Assembly: GCA_039621445.1 (NCBI GenBank)
Contig: CP154954.1
Location: forward strand, 48,773,847-48,837,846
DNA from: Euglena gracilis
Taxonomy: Eukaryota
Direction of reading: 5' to 3'
Length of the DNA: 64,000 bases
In this document: one piece after another, positions 48,962-63,121 of the stretch
How the letters are laid out: every line of letters begins with the position of its first letter
Numbering within the stretch: position 1 is the stretch's first letter
Position numbers and translations under genes: made by a program
The notes under the pieces: model-generated
What the model was told of the DNA's origin: nothing
The model's database searches: none
Seen by the model: only the letters and a program-made list of their open reading frames with translations

Positions 48962-51900
48962 GTTTTTGCCTCGCAACGATGTTTTTTGGCCTCCCGGACC
49001 CAGAGAAAAACTGTTTTTGAGCCGAAAACGAGCGTTTTTCGACCCGCCGGCGCCCCGTTTTGGGCCGCCGACCCATTGACTTTGGGTCAAAACCGGGTCA
49101 AAAAAGTCGAAAAAAATCGAAAAAAATTTTTTTTCCCCAAAACAATGTTTTTTGGCCTCCCGGAAAAACTGTTTTTGAGCCGAAAACGAGCGTTTTTCGA
49201 CCCGCCGGCGCCCCGTTTTGGGCCGCCGACCCATTGACTTTGGGTCAAAACCGGGTCAAAAAAGTCGAAAAAAATCGAAAAAAATTTTTTTTGCCCGAAA
49301 CGATGTTTTTTGGCTTCACGGACCCGGAAAAGAAAAAAACTGTTTTTGAGCCAAAAACGAGCGTTTTTCGACCCGCCAGCGCCCCGTTTTGGGCCGCCGA
49401 CCTACCCATTGACTTTGGGTCAAAACGAGTCAAAAAAAAGTCGAAAAAAAATCGAAAATATATTTTTTGCCCGAAACGATGTTTTTTGGCCCCCGGACCC
49501 AGAAAAACTGTTTTCGAGCCGAAAACGAACGTTTTTCGACCCGCCAGCGCCCCGTTTTGGGCCGCCGACCCATTGACTTTGGGTCAAAACCGGGTCAAAA
49601 AAGTCGAAAAAAATCGAAAAATTTTTTTGCCCAAAAAGATGTTTTTTGGCCTCCCGAACCAGAAAAACTGTTTTTGAGCCGAAAACGAGCGTTTTTCGAC
49701 CCGCCGGCGCCCCGTTTTGGGCCGCCGACCCATTGACTTTGGGTCAAAACCGGGTCAAAAAAGTCGAAAAAAATCGAAAATTTTTTTTTTGCCCGAAACG
49801 ATGTTTTTTGGCCTCCCGGACCCAGAAAAAGACTGTTTTTGAGCCGAAAACGAGCGTTTTTCGACCCGCCAGCGCCCCGTTTTGGGCCGCCGACCCATTG
49901 ACTTTGGGTCAAAACCGGGTCAAAAAAGTCGAAAAAAATCGAAAATTTTTTTTGCCCGAAACGATGTTTTTTGGCCTCCCGGACCCAGAAAAACTGTTTT
50001 TGAGCCGAAAACGAGCGTTTTTCGACCCGCCGGCGCCCCGTTTTGGGCCGCCGACCCATTGACAAAAAATCCGAAATTTTTTTTTTGCCCAAACGAATTT
50101 TTTTTGGCCTCCCGGACCCGGAAAAACTGTTTTTGAGCCGAAAACGAGCGTTTTTCGACCCGCCAGCGCCCCGTTTTGGGCCGCCGACCCATTGACTTTG
50201 GGTCAAAACCGGGTCGAAAAAGTCGAAAAAAATCGAAAAAAAATTTTTTTTGCCCGAAACGATGTTTTTTGCCCTCCCGGACCCGGAAAAACTGTTTTTT
50301 AGGCCGAAAAGAAGCTTTTTTCGACCCCCAGCGCCCCGTTTTGGGCCCCCGACCCATTGACTTTGGGTCAAAACCGGGTCAAAAAAGTCTAAAAAAATCG
50401 AAAAAATTTTTTTTTGCCCGAAACGATGTTTTTTTGGCCTCCCGGACCCGGAAAAACTGTTTTTGAGCCGAAAACGAGCGTTTTTCGACCCGCCGGCGCC
50501 CCGTTTTGGGCCGCCGACCCATTGACTTTGGGTCAAAACCGGGTCGAAAAAGTCGAAAAAAATCGAAAAAATTTTTTTGCCCAAATCGATGTTTTTTGGC
50601 CTCCCGGACCCAGAAAAACTGTTTTTGAGCCGAAAACGAGCGTTTTTCGACCCGCCGGCGCCCCGTTTTGGGCCGCCAACCCATTGACTTTGGGTCAAAA
50701 CCGGGTCGAAAAAGTCGAAAAAAATCGAAATTTTTTTGTTTGCCCAAAACGATGTTTTTTGGCCTCCCGGACCCAGAAAAACTGTTTTTGAGCCGAAAAC
50801 GAGCGTTTTTCGACCCGCCGGCGCCCCGTTTTGGACCGCCGACCCATTGACTTTGGGTAAAAAAATCGGAAATTTTTTTTTTGCCCGAAACGATGTTTTT
50901 TGGCCTCCCGGACCCGGAAAAACTGTTTTTGAGCCGAAAACGAGCGTTTTTCGACCCGCCGGCGCCCCGTTTTGGACCGCCAACCAACCCATTGACTTTG
51001 GGTCAAAACCGGGTCAAAAAAGTCGAAAACCCATTGTCTTTGGGTCAAAACCGGGTCAAAAAAGTCGAAAAAAATCGAAAAATTTTTTTTGCCCGAAACG
51101 ATGTTTTTTGGCCTTCCGGACCCAGAAAAACTGTTTTTGAGCCGAAAACGAGCGTTTTTCGACCCGCCGGCGCCCCGTTTTGGACCGCCAACCAACCCAT
51201 TGTCTTTGGGTCAAAACCGGGTCGAAAAAGTCGAAAAAAATCGAAAATTTTTTTTTGCCCAAATCGATGTTTTTTGGCCTCCCGGACCCAGAAAAACTGT
51301 TTTTGAGCCGAAAACGAGCGTTTTTCGACCCGCCAGCGCCCCGTTTTGAGCCGCCGACCCATTGACTTTGGGTCAAAACCGGGTCGAAAAAGTGGAAAAA
51401 AATCGAAAATTTTTTTTTGACCAAAACAATGTTTTTGGGCCTCCCGGACCCGGAAAAACTGTTTTCGAGCCGAAAATGAGCGTTTTTCGACCCACCGGCG
51501 CCCTGTTTCTGGCACAAAACCCATAGATTTCAGGCAAAAGAGCTCCATGGAGTGGGCCGGTATGTATGGAGGGGTCAATGAATGAAGGGGTGGGTGCGCG
51601 CTTATTAAGAGCTCAGCACTATTCAAAACCTGGTCAATGAAGGGGTGGGTGCGCGCTTATCAACGAAGGGGTGGGTGCACTCTTATCAATGAAGGGGTGG
51701 GTGCGCACTTATCAAGAGCTCAGCACTATTCAAAACCTGATCCCGACCACCCCCCCCCCCCTGGGGGGGTAAGGTGGTAGGGGGGGGTCCGGACCCCCCC
51801 CCCCCAGATCTTGGGCGGGGGGGACCAGACCCCCCACCCCCCCCTCCTTGACAGGTGCCAAAAATAGCAGAAAATTTTCTTCCGGCGCTGCGCGCCGGAA

Positions 51901-54900
51901 AATGAGCAAAAAACACCCCTTTTGCTGACTTTTGGCCATATTGCCCATTTTTTGATGTGTTGGTGTTTTCCCCCAAAAACATGTTCAAAAAAATTCAAAA
52001 ATGAGCACTTTTGGATCGATTTTCAAAGAAAAATCAATGTTTTTTGACCGATTCCGACCCGATTTCCGGCCCTTTGCCCGTCCATGAAATCGAAAAAATT
52101 TCGGCCCCCCCCTCAGTTTCGAGGTAGGAGGGGGGGGTCCGACCCACCCCCCCCCCTCCGCGTCGGGAGGGGGGGGGTCCGCCCCCCCCCCCCCCCCTCA
52201 AGTCAAGGCTTCCCATCCATCCCTGTGGGGGTGTGGGGGGTGTGGGGGGTGTGGGGGGGGTAGTGTGGGGGGGGGCTGTGTGGGGATGTGTGGGGGGGCA
52301 ACTGTGGGGTGCTGTTGGCCCAACAGTGTTGGGTACTTCACTTTACGCCATCACCCTGCTGGTTTGCGGGGGACCCTCTAGCTTAACAATGAGTCACAAA
52401 TGCACGACCGGAACTGGGTTGAGGTCTGGGTGGCCAACGGCCAGGTTTTGCCCCCCCCACCCCCCGGGGGTCCCACACCGGACGGGTGGGTGGCAGGGAC
52501 CCCCCTCCTGGGGGTCTTAAAAAGAAGCCTGGGCCCGCGTGCTACAATTGAATTGCCACAGCCCTTTCTGCTGGTGGTTTGGTGCAACCGCAAAATATGC
52601 CACGACATCTTTCATTTTTGGTTTCTATTTGCTATATTAGTTATCTCCAGATTTGCAGCAGCTTAACAGCTCACAGCTTTACAACTCTGGCCAGAATTAT
52701 TTTTTCGTGGATCCAACTATTTCCGCCTGACAGAGTGTCTCTTTTATACACACACATACATTTATATACATACATACATACATACATACATACATACATA
52801 CATACATACATACATACATACCTACCTACCTACCTACCTACCTACCTACCTACCTGCCTGCCTGCCTACCTACCTACCTACCTACCTACCTACCTACCTA
52901 CCTACCTACCTACCTACCTACCTACCTACCTACCTACCTACCTACCTACCTACCTACCTACCTACCTACCTACCTACCTACCTACCTACCTACCTACCTA
53001 CCTACCTACCTACCTACCTACCTACCTACCTACCTACCTACCTACCTACCTACCTACCTACCTACCTACCTACCTACCTACCTACCTACCTACCTACCTA
53101 CCTACCTACCTCCCCCCCCCCATGCCAATGAACACCCTTGCCCAATGAACAGGGGGTGTTCGGACCGTCTGGATTGTCACCATATACCTTATCTACACAG
53201 AAACTGTACCCCAAGCCCAATGAACACCCCCCGTTCGGACCGTCTAGATTGTCACCTTAGTGTTCATTGGGCTTGGGGGGGGGGGAGGTACCTACCTACC
53301 TACCTACCTACCTACCTACCTACCTACCTACCTACCTACATACATACATACCATACATACATACCATACATACATACCATACATACATACATACATACAT
53401 ACATACATACATACATACATACATACATACATACATACATACATACATACATACATACATACATACATACATACATACATACATACATACATACATACAT
53501 ACATACATACATACATACATACATACATACGTACATACATACATACATACATACATACATACATACATACATACACACACACATGCATGCATGCATGCAT
53601 ACATACATACATACATACATGCATACATACATGCATACATACATACATACATACATACATGCATGCATGCATACATGCATATGTATGTTTGTATTTATGA
53701 CGATTTCTGTTGTTGTTTCTGGGGTACCTGCTTTGGGTCAGTGTAAGTTTGGCATGCAGAGGGGACCCTACGCCATGCCAAGCATCCAGTGCAAAGCGGG
53801 TCGTAAGCGATGGACACCTGCCCCCCCTCCCCGGCACCAGTGCCGGCGGCCAAGCCCAAGCCCGTGGCCGCCGTCTTCCAGCCCAAAACCCCCGTGAAGC
53901 AGGAGGTCAAGGCCGCCCGCAGGTCCCCTTCCTGGCTACCCCCGTGACGTACCCCCCCCCCCAATGGGCCGTCCATCAACCATGGCCATGGCCATCCGGA
54001 GCGTTTCCATGGCACCGCGCCTCCCCACCAGCAGAGGGCAGCCCCCAGGAGGGTCACTGCACAAGGCCAACCATACTTCTTTGTAGTAAATAAAAAGATT
54101 GCAGAGTTCTGTGAAAAATACCCCCAAAAATTTGCGAAATCCTTTTTCTGCCTCTTTTGCCTTTTTGCTGTTTGCTGCACCGCGGGGTGAATTCGTCGAA
54201 GCCTCCCGCTGGATGTCATGCGGAAGTTTCAATGCGTGCCTCAAGAGGCTTCCTGTGCCCCCCCCCCCACCCCGTGGCGACCCCCACCGCAGCACGGTGC
54301 CGCCCGTCGTGGTGCCACCTCGCCCCGCCGCTGCCGCCTCCGCCTTCGTGCCGGTGAAGGAGCGGCCGGCCCCCGCCGGGTCGGGCGGCAACGGGTGCGC
54401 CCGGCAGTGGACAACGGAGGTGTGCCTTTCTCTGTGCCACTGTTGCTATCCGGATTGCTGCGAAGCAGGTTACAAGAGGTCCCTGCCCTCCCCCCTCTTT
54501 TTGGGGAAAGCCTGTGTTCATTGTCTCAAAGGCTATCATTTTCTTTCCGTTGTTACTCACCATATGTCATATGTGATATTTTGGACCGTTTTTTGCACAC
54601 ATTTTCATTTAGCTTCAATTTGGAATCAGTAGATAAAATATTACGCTAAATATCATCTCAAACCCAAGGTTTGGTTCTTTTTTTGTCCCATAACTACCTC
54701 AAGCCAAAAAAAAAATTCATTCTTTAATTAACCCCTCAATAGAACCCCACCTCCTTTACATGGCAGCCGAATGTGGCCGAGGGGTGAATAAAATACAGCA
54801 CAAAGTTAGACCCAAAAGTGGGCCCCCGAGCCCCCCCCCTCCCCAGGGTGGGTGGTTGGGAGGTTGGGTGTGGATGAGGCGCACTAGGACCCTGCAAGAG

Positions 54901-55926
54901 AACTTTGGGAAGGGGTGTGCGGCTTTTCTCATTGGACCCTTCCCACGTTCCCCGTCCCCAGGAGGCGGTCGCCGCCCACCCTTTCATCGACAAGGCCCAC
55001 TACCGGGCCATCGTCACAACGGATTTCCTCTTCTCGGACGACGACGGGCGGGTGGTGTGCGTCGTGCTGAAGGGCGCCTACCCGGACTGGGTGCGGGAGT
55101 GCGCCGCTGCATAGGGCCGATTGCCTCACGGCCCCTGAGATGGGCCCATTCCACTTTCATTTACTGTAACACCCCCCATCTGGGTCAATCCCATTCATTT
55201 TGTTAAAAGCTCTTTTGCATGAATTCCTCTCTTATCAGTGCCTGTTTCTTATCCTTGTCGATGCTCACCTTCTTCTTCAGCAGGAAAAGGGGTTGTGTTC
55301 CGAAGTTTAATGGCCCCCAGTGCCAGTTCCCTGTGCTTTGTTCTGAGTGACTTGTCACAGGGCCCCATTTGGAACAAAATAAAAAGGCACCAATGGCGCG
55401 AGTTGCCGATGCTCAAATCCGGAACGCCGGCCGGCTCTGCCCCCGACGTCCTGCGGGGCGCTGCCCGGCCGACCTCCCTACGGGCGGGCATCTTCGGGGG
55501 CGTGGCCCCCATGTCCGGTGTGGACCGTGCCCGTCACACGTTCCCTCTTCCCGTCATTTGCCATCGGAAGCAGCAGCAGTCTGCTTCTGGCCTCCATGAG
55601 TCCATTCCGTGCCTGCCAAGTGGGCTTGGCATTTGTTGGCCGCTCTGCCCTGTGCCCTGGTTGCGTGCAACCTCCCAGGCATCGCTGGCTACTACGATTA
55701 CATGGGGGCCCCGGTGGAGCTGAAGGGGCGGAAGACGAGCTTCACCCACGACCACCTCGAGGTCTTTTACTGGTTCAGAGTGAACTGGTGCCAACCAATC
55801 TTTCTCTGGTTGCCTGAAAGTTTTTTTTTCTGCCTCACACAAATTTTTCTGTTTGCCAGCTGTTCTCTGCGTACGTGCACATGCGTGCGTGTGGCTCTCT
55901 CACCCTCCTTCCCTCTCTTTCTCTCT

Positions 55927-55969
<43 letters not shown>

Positions 55970-58900
55970 CTGGCTGGCTGTCGGGCTGCGTTGTCTGATT
56001 GTGTATATGTTGAGTGGGCGGAGGCAGCATCCTTGCACCACCGCCGTCTGGCACAGGAGTGGCCGGGGGTCTTCCCCGTGGTGGATTTCGCCAACGAGGC
56101 GTACCGGCAGGTGGCGCCGGACTACTGGCGGGCACAGGACCGCGGCATTCCGGACCACGTCCGCCTCCACGGCTCCGCCTTCTCCACCCTGACCATCAAC
56201 CAGGTGTGCAGTGGACAGCGGGCAGCCGGGGAAGTGCAACACGACGTCCCCCCGAACAGGTGGGTGTGCGGACACGCAGGCCATGGCGCTGAATGATTTC
56301 CGGTCCCTGTTCTGCCGGGACAAATGCCCACAGCAAGGATGCAGGTCTACAGAGACCAGAACTCATTTCTTAATGCTAGACAATTTCGCTCGCTGTGTGT
56401 GAGTGTGTGTGTGTGTTTGGGTTCCAGACTTCATTGTGGAAATGTGAAGGGATTTTAGGCTGGAATGGTGCAGGGGAAGGAATTGCCTGTTCAGCACACA
56501 CCAGCCGTGGGTTGAGGGCTTCGGCAACCCCGACGGAGCTTTGGTCAGGTGTGATCGCTGCCCCAGCCTCGGGCACTGCCGGCCTCGCCGCAGAGGTTTC
56601 GGACGGCCACGCACACCGACCGGGGGGACTACGACCACGGCCTGAGCGTCCTGACCGTCCTGGAGGTGTGGGCGACCCCATTTGCCCCCCAACCCAGTTG
56701 GGCCATGTGGTGTGCGGTGTGACTGAGTGCATGGCCAAGGTCAGGGCCAATGGATGAACGCCGCAAAAGGGAGCTGCGTGGCCCTTGCAGCACCTGCTTC
56801 AGCAACCAACTGTGATAAAAAGGCGTGGCCGACCTTACCCCAGAGAAAAGTACCAAGCCACCCAGCCCAGGCCGACCAATGCCATAGGGGAGGACCCCCC
56901 CCCCTGCTGAATCACCTGTGTAGGGAGGCAGTGGGGGCAGTGCCTGCAAGAACCCCCCCCCCCAGGGCAGAACGGGAGTCGGCCGAACAGCCAGGGTGGT
57001 GGATGGGGGGGTCGACCACCCCCCCCCACCCCCTGCATGGTGGGTGGGGGGGGGGGGTCGACCCCACCTCTTCCCGTGTTTCCGGGAGCACCAATTTTTG
57101 GACCCGAAAAAAATTTTCCGGCGCCTTTGGCGCCGGGTGTTTTTTCGACCCATTTTGGGACCCATATAGGGGGTCCCCCCCAAAACCCCCCCAAACCCCA
57201 TTTTTTCACACCTTCCAAAAATTCAACATTTTCTCAAAATGTTGATTTTGAGAAGTTTTTGAAGCAAAAAAATGCCATCGAAAGTCCAAAAAATTTCAAC
57301 AAGAAAAAATGTCAGTAAAATTTGACTGTGCCAAAATTTTGTCCACTTTTTTTTTGACCTTCGTTTTTTTTTTCACCCCCCTCCTAAAAACTACCAATTT
57401 TTAACCCTGAAATTTTTGAGGTTTTTTTTGTGGAAAAATGTGGTTTTTCGTCCAAGAATCATGTGTTTTGGGTTCATTCTTCAAAAAAAAAATTCAAATT
57501 TTTTTCCGGCCAATATCCCCGTTTTCCTGAAATCGGTGAAAATGCTGTGGTGGGGGGGGGTCCCCCCCCACCACGCCTTCCCGTTCTGCCCTGACCCCTC
57601 CCCCCACTGCGTCCACGAACCCCCTGTTCGGGCCGCGATTTTTGTCACCTGAGCGTTCGTTGGACACGGGGTGGGGGTTGGGTAAAGCCAGCCTGATAAC
57701 CAGCCCAATGCCCTCCGGCCGGTGCGCTGACTTCCTTTTTGTTGTGCACCCAAACAACAACAACAACAACAACAACAACGGCAACAGCAGCAGCAGCAGC
57801 AGCAGCAGGAGCAGCAACAATAAACCAATAAACCAATAAACCACGCCGCCAGCCAGGGACCCAGAGGCACCAGAACTACCCAGGGAGATCTTTCCTTGCC
57901 GACGCCTGCAGGGGCAGTACGAAGGGTTGTTCATCGGGTTCCCTGACGAGGCTTTTTCTTCAAAGTGAACGTCCTCCTGGGGGCGAGGGGAGGTCCACCA
58001 AAAGGGGATGTGTTTTGGGGTACGTTGTGCGCAGTACATCCCCAGGGGCCAATTTCGAGGGAAATTCATCTGTGTTGTGTTGCGCTGCGTTGTGTTGTGT
58101 TGTGTTGTGTTGTGTTGTGTTGTGTTGTGTTGTGTTGTGTTGTGTTGTGTTGTGTTGGATCAGCATGACCGAGCCCCAATCCCCACGGCTGTGCTCTGGG
58201 CGGCTCCCAATGAAACAGGTCCCCCCCTCTCCTGTGGGGGAGGCGGTTGGTAATAAAGGAGCCTGTCCCTGATTTCCGTGTCTGCGTGGATTTGCGGCCC
58301 GGGGACCTGATGGTGTTCGACTCGCACTACTTCCACTGCAACACCGAGGTGTGCCACCAACGAAGCCGTCAGGTTGGTCAGTTGTTTTCCGCCACAGGAG
58401 GGACCCCTGCCCCTGGATGCCCCTGGAGGTCCACCCAGCCAGCAGCTGTTTTCCTGCCCCCCCTCCCCCCCACCACAAATTTTGATTCTTGCCCAAAGGA
58501 AGAGTGATTGGTGAAGGAGCAAAAGCAAAATTTGAGATGTGCAGCCCCATTTTTTTGATGCATTTTTTCCCCTGCCCATTCTTGGCCCAGTTTTGGGGCC
58601 AACCCATCGAACTGTTTTGCGTAATTTGCCACTTTTGTTTTGCACCTGACTCCACCTCTGCTCGAGGAAAGTACCAACCAGGAATTTGCCTCGTTCCAAC
58701 CAGCAACCAGGGAGGAAGGAGACAACCTTTTTTCCAGCCTCCAAGCAGTTGTTTGGCAACCTATTTTTTTTGTCTCCTCACTTGTCTGGCTGTGTCATTT
58801 TTTGGGGGGGGATCAGGCCATGCACTTCCATATTGCCTTAGAAACCTCCGGACCCCATTTCTCTGGTGACCCAGAGGTTGTTTTTCGAATGCAGTCAGCG

Positions 58901-61900
58901 TTGTGTGATTGAAGTATTAATTGTCTTTTGCTTTGGGACACGTGCAGGTGGAGTCCAGTGCCAGCGACTGGTCACGCCTGTCATGCGTGTTCTACTACCG
59001 CTTCAAACTCGGGGAGACGCTGTGCCTGTCAGAGTGCCAAAGGCGCAAGGTGTGTCCCCCCCTCCTCTCACCACGCTTGGCTCAGCTACGGTCAGAGACT
59101 TTTAAAACTGGAGCCCCCCCCCCCCCCCAGGAGGGGGTTGGGGGTCCCCCTGCATGGACAAGAATCCCTGGCCACAGTAGCTGTGCCTTCAGGACCCCCT
59201 CCCCCCCCCCCCATGCTCTTCGTCAGGCGGAGAATGACCACAACCCGGCGCAGCCGTTCGCCCCGCCGGCGGACTTCCAGCCCAGCACCAACGAGCCCCG
59301 CGTCCCACGCCCGCCGCGCCTCAGCGTGACGTCCCTCCTCGTCGGGTCCGCCTGGCTGCTGCACCCGGTCGCCCTCGTGAAGGCCCAGCTGCTGCACGGC
59401 CAGGGGCCCCGGACCCGGGGCCTGCGTCGTCCTCCCGTGGCGTTGCACGGCCGTCCACGGGGTGCCTGTCCGGGGAGTCTGAGCCCAATGCCGTCCTGGA
59501 CGACCCGGCGGTGCGGGCCGCACTTTTGGCGGACCCTTGGAGGTGTGCGCTGTGTTGAACAGTGTGTCGAACAGAACCTGCCATTGTTTCGTTAAGTCGG
59601 CTGAAAGTCCACCGATATCCACTATATACACGTACAAGTCCACTATATGCACACAATGGGACCACAGTGTCCAGCTCACAGTGGACAGTGAAGATTCCTA
59701 CGGAGCCCCTCCCCGGGTGGCCGTCCTCCAGCAACCCCGGCGAGAGGGAATCCCCGCCAGTTGGCGACCTCCTTCCCGCCAGCCAATGGCTTCCCCGGAA
59801 GAAGAGTTGGCGCTGGGGAACCCCCGGCGGGTTCGCTCTTCTCCGCCAGGGCCCGCAGTGCCCCACTGGCCGCCCGGCCCGCGGACCACTTCGCCCCGCT
59901 GGAGCTGGGGGACCTCCCGGGACACCGCGAGTACATCGGCGGGTTCCGGGCAGGCCTGGGCTGGATTCCCCCCCCCCTGGCTGCAATGCTGCGCCACAGT
60001 GGAGTGGGCCCATACCCTGCCCCCCTTGCAGTTGAAAAGGGGGGAGGGACCAGTCGTTTTTTCCCCTTCAAGAAATTCAATGTGATCGTACCCCACCCCC
60101 TCTGAAACGATGAATTTCCTTTCCCCTGCCACGTGCCAAAAGCTGGCCCTCTCGCTCCCCTGCCTGGTACTATTACTCCCACTTCGGTACGAAGAAGGAC
60201 CTCGAGGTCTCCTAAATGCCCCCATTTGCTTCCTTTGCTTCCTCTTGCTTCAAAGAGCCCATAACATCTTACCAGTGTTCTTTGACTACCACAAAGTTGA
60301 TTTCAATTGAATGTATACTGTGGGGTGGTCATTATTGAACCCACCCACGTCATCCAGTCCCGATTGGGGGAGGATCAGTTATTTCCAGATTCAGATGACC
60401 ATTTCTTGGTCATTGCTTTCGCCGTTTTTGGCCATTTTGGGGTCAAAAAAGTCGAAAAAATCGAATTTTTTTTCGCCCGAAACGATGTGTTTTTGGCCTC
60501 CCGGACCCGGAAAGCCTGTTTTTGAGCCGAAAATGAGCGTTTTTCGACCCCCCCCCCCGGCGCCCCATTTTTTGGCCCGAAACCCATGGATTTTGGGTCA
60601 TTTCCGGGTCAAAACAGTCGACAAAATCCAAGAAAACGGGTATGGGGGGGTTGCTGAACTCTTATCCGTTTATGGGTATGTTGGTGGTCGTGCGGCAAAG
60701 GCGAAGGTCAGGAAACTGGACTCGTGTATAACCTTCTTCTTCTCAGCATCCTGTACCTCCCCCACCTTTGTGTTCCTGAGTTTTCTGAAGGAATTTTGCA
60801 GCAAATTTGCCCCCCCCCCGTGTCTAACAAACTATCCCAGTCCAACGAACACCCCTATTTGGACCGCAACTTTATCATCTCCTGTGAAATTTTGCTTTCA
60901 CCAAACACCCATGCCTAATGACCCCCCCCTGTTCGGATCCTTTGTCGCTTTGGTGTTCGCTGGACACCGGGGGGTGCTCTCTCAAAAGGTTATTTTCATT
61001 TTGCTTCATTTTTACATTGTTTTCTGATTATTATTTTATGTCAGGCATGGTGGAAGAACCCCAGGGGGGGCCTGTACTACCCCCAACCCTGCAACTGGGT
61101 TTCGGGCTTATGGAAGGCGCCGGGTCAGAGTTAGGATTTGCTGGGCCGGAGTGAGGCCTAACTTCTCCTGCGGCATCCATCTCATCCTTGGCCCGGGCAG
61201 CGCGATTTCCAAAGGCCGTAGGCAAGCAAAAGGAAAGAAAGAAAACAGGCCGCCGAACGGTCGCCCCACACAAGGGACCGCTCCCTCTTTCTTTCATTGG
61301 GTTAGGGTTACGGGGTGCGATGGACCTTGAAGCTCGGCCCAATGCCCACACAGGGATGCAACAAGGGAGTCAGGCCTCTGTCCGGCCCAGCAAATCCTAA
61401 CCCTAACCCCATGCCTTCCATAACCCAAAAGCACCTGTTGCAGGGTTGGATGTAGTGCACCCCCCCGGGAATTTGCCACCCAAACACACACGGTGGGCGC
61501 CGAATCCTGTTAACCTCAAAGTCTTTGAAGTCCCCCTGCGATAAACCCCTCCCCCTAATAAGGGCACAGTGCCCTAATTATGCGCAGTGCTCTAATAAGT
61601 GCGCACCCCCCAAGGGTCTGAAACTACCTCCCTAAACAGTGCGCACCCCCCCCCCCCAAAGGAAATCACTGCCACATCTCAGGTTGGAAAGCACACATAA
61701 TTCTTAGAATTGACCTTCTCAGGCCAAATACCCCTGCGTCCAAGCCCAAATTTGACACATAATCAATTGACTCATTGCTTTAAATCACAAGAATGAGAGA
61801 AACTGAAAAGGGTAGCTGAAAAATGAATATTTTATGCTTTGTCCGAATAAGTGAATAATAACCCTTGGGGCCGTGCACTTATTATGGGGGGGGGGTTACA

Positions 61901-63042
61901 AGGGCATCAGACAACATCCTGTTTACATTTTCCGGCCCGTTTGAATGTTTAAGAGAGTGGTTCCTTTGCACAATTGCACAAAAAGGAACAAGCCAAATAT
62001 TCGAGATCGGCCGCTTAAGTCGAAGCACAGATTCATGCATTTTTCTATTGGGTAGATCACTAGATGCATGAATGGATGGATGATGAATGGATGTGTAGAT
62101 GGAGAGATAACCTTCCCAAAATAATTTTGCCCCCAAAACCTTTGATCGATGGGCCACGTTTCTCATAAAGCAGTCAAATGGAGATTTTACTGGTAATTAT
62201 AAAGTAATTCACTGCTTCTATTCATCGGACAACAAAACGTTGTGGCAATTGGGTTTGATTTTTGTTTGCGCTTACCGCCTCCTGATTTCCGAAAAGATGC
62301 ATCATTTTTCATGTTGTCCCTGGTGGGGGGCAACATTATTTGGACGGATCTCTTCGGCCTCCCTCTGCAAAAGTTATTTGGGCATGCAAAGCTTCAGGGC
62401 ACTGCAAAGTTATTTGGGGGGTTCAGCTTGGTTGAAAACTGACGGATGGATAGATTGATGGATTGATTTATGAATGGACGGATGGACGGATGGTTCGAGG
62501 ACGGACGGAATCGGCCAACGGACGATGGGTGGACGGGAGGAGAGATGAGATATCTCGCCGGGTGGTTGAACCACTGCCATCTTCCCCACAACAGGAAATC
62601 GTAGCGGATCCCCGCAAGCCGGACCCCCTGATGGAGACGTTCCGGTCTTTCCCGGACCTGTACCCCGCCGTATGCCACCGCTGCTATTGCCATGGTTGGT
62701 GTCTCATTGTGAACTCCAAGCAACCGTATGCCTCCAACCTTATAAACTGAACATAACACTTGTTTGCCTCTGCTGTTGGTCAAGCACAAGAGGGAAGGCT
62801 GTGGCCTTTTGTAGAGACAATACATCGGAGTGGGTTACCAACCCCCATCTGGTGCCACAGGTGTGGGAAACGTTTGTGAAGCAGCGAGACCACTGGCTGG
62901 AACTGGTGGACCGTGACTGGAAGGTGTTTCCTCCGGTTTTATCCAAATTCCTTCTGCTTTTTCTGGAAAAGCTGTTTCCTAAATTACCACAGCAAGCTGC
63001 TTGAGTTTTCCAACTTCTGTCTCGTGTGTGTGCAAGCGTGCA

Positions 63043-63121
<79 letters not shown>

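Larger units (their letters stand above)
26529..59346. repeat. Tandem segmental duplication, copy 2 (~32.8 kb, longer because of extra insertions)
   Basis: Same gene order and intron sequences as 1-26528, with substitutions, indels, private insertions and inversions. Confidence 0.95.

Noticed and set aside
48468-51626. Long ORFs (e.g. 465 aa at 49595-50992)
   Set aside because: Translations of the 160-bp satellite; periodic and open in several frames.
52579-53897. ORFs with YIHT/YLPT repeats
   Set aside because: Translations of tetranucleotide microsatellites.
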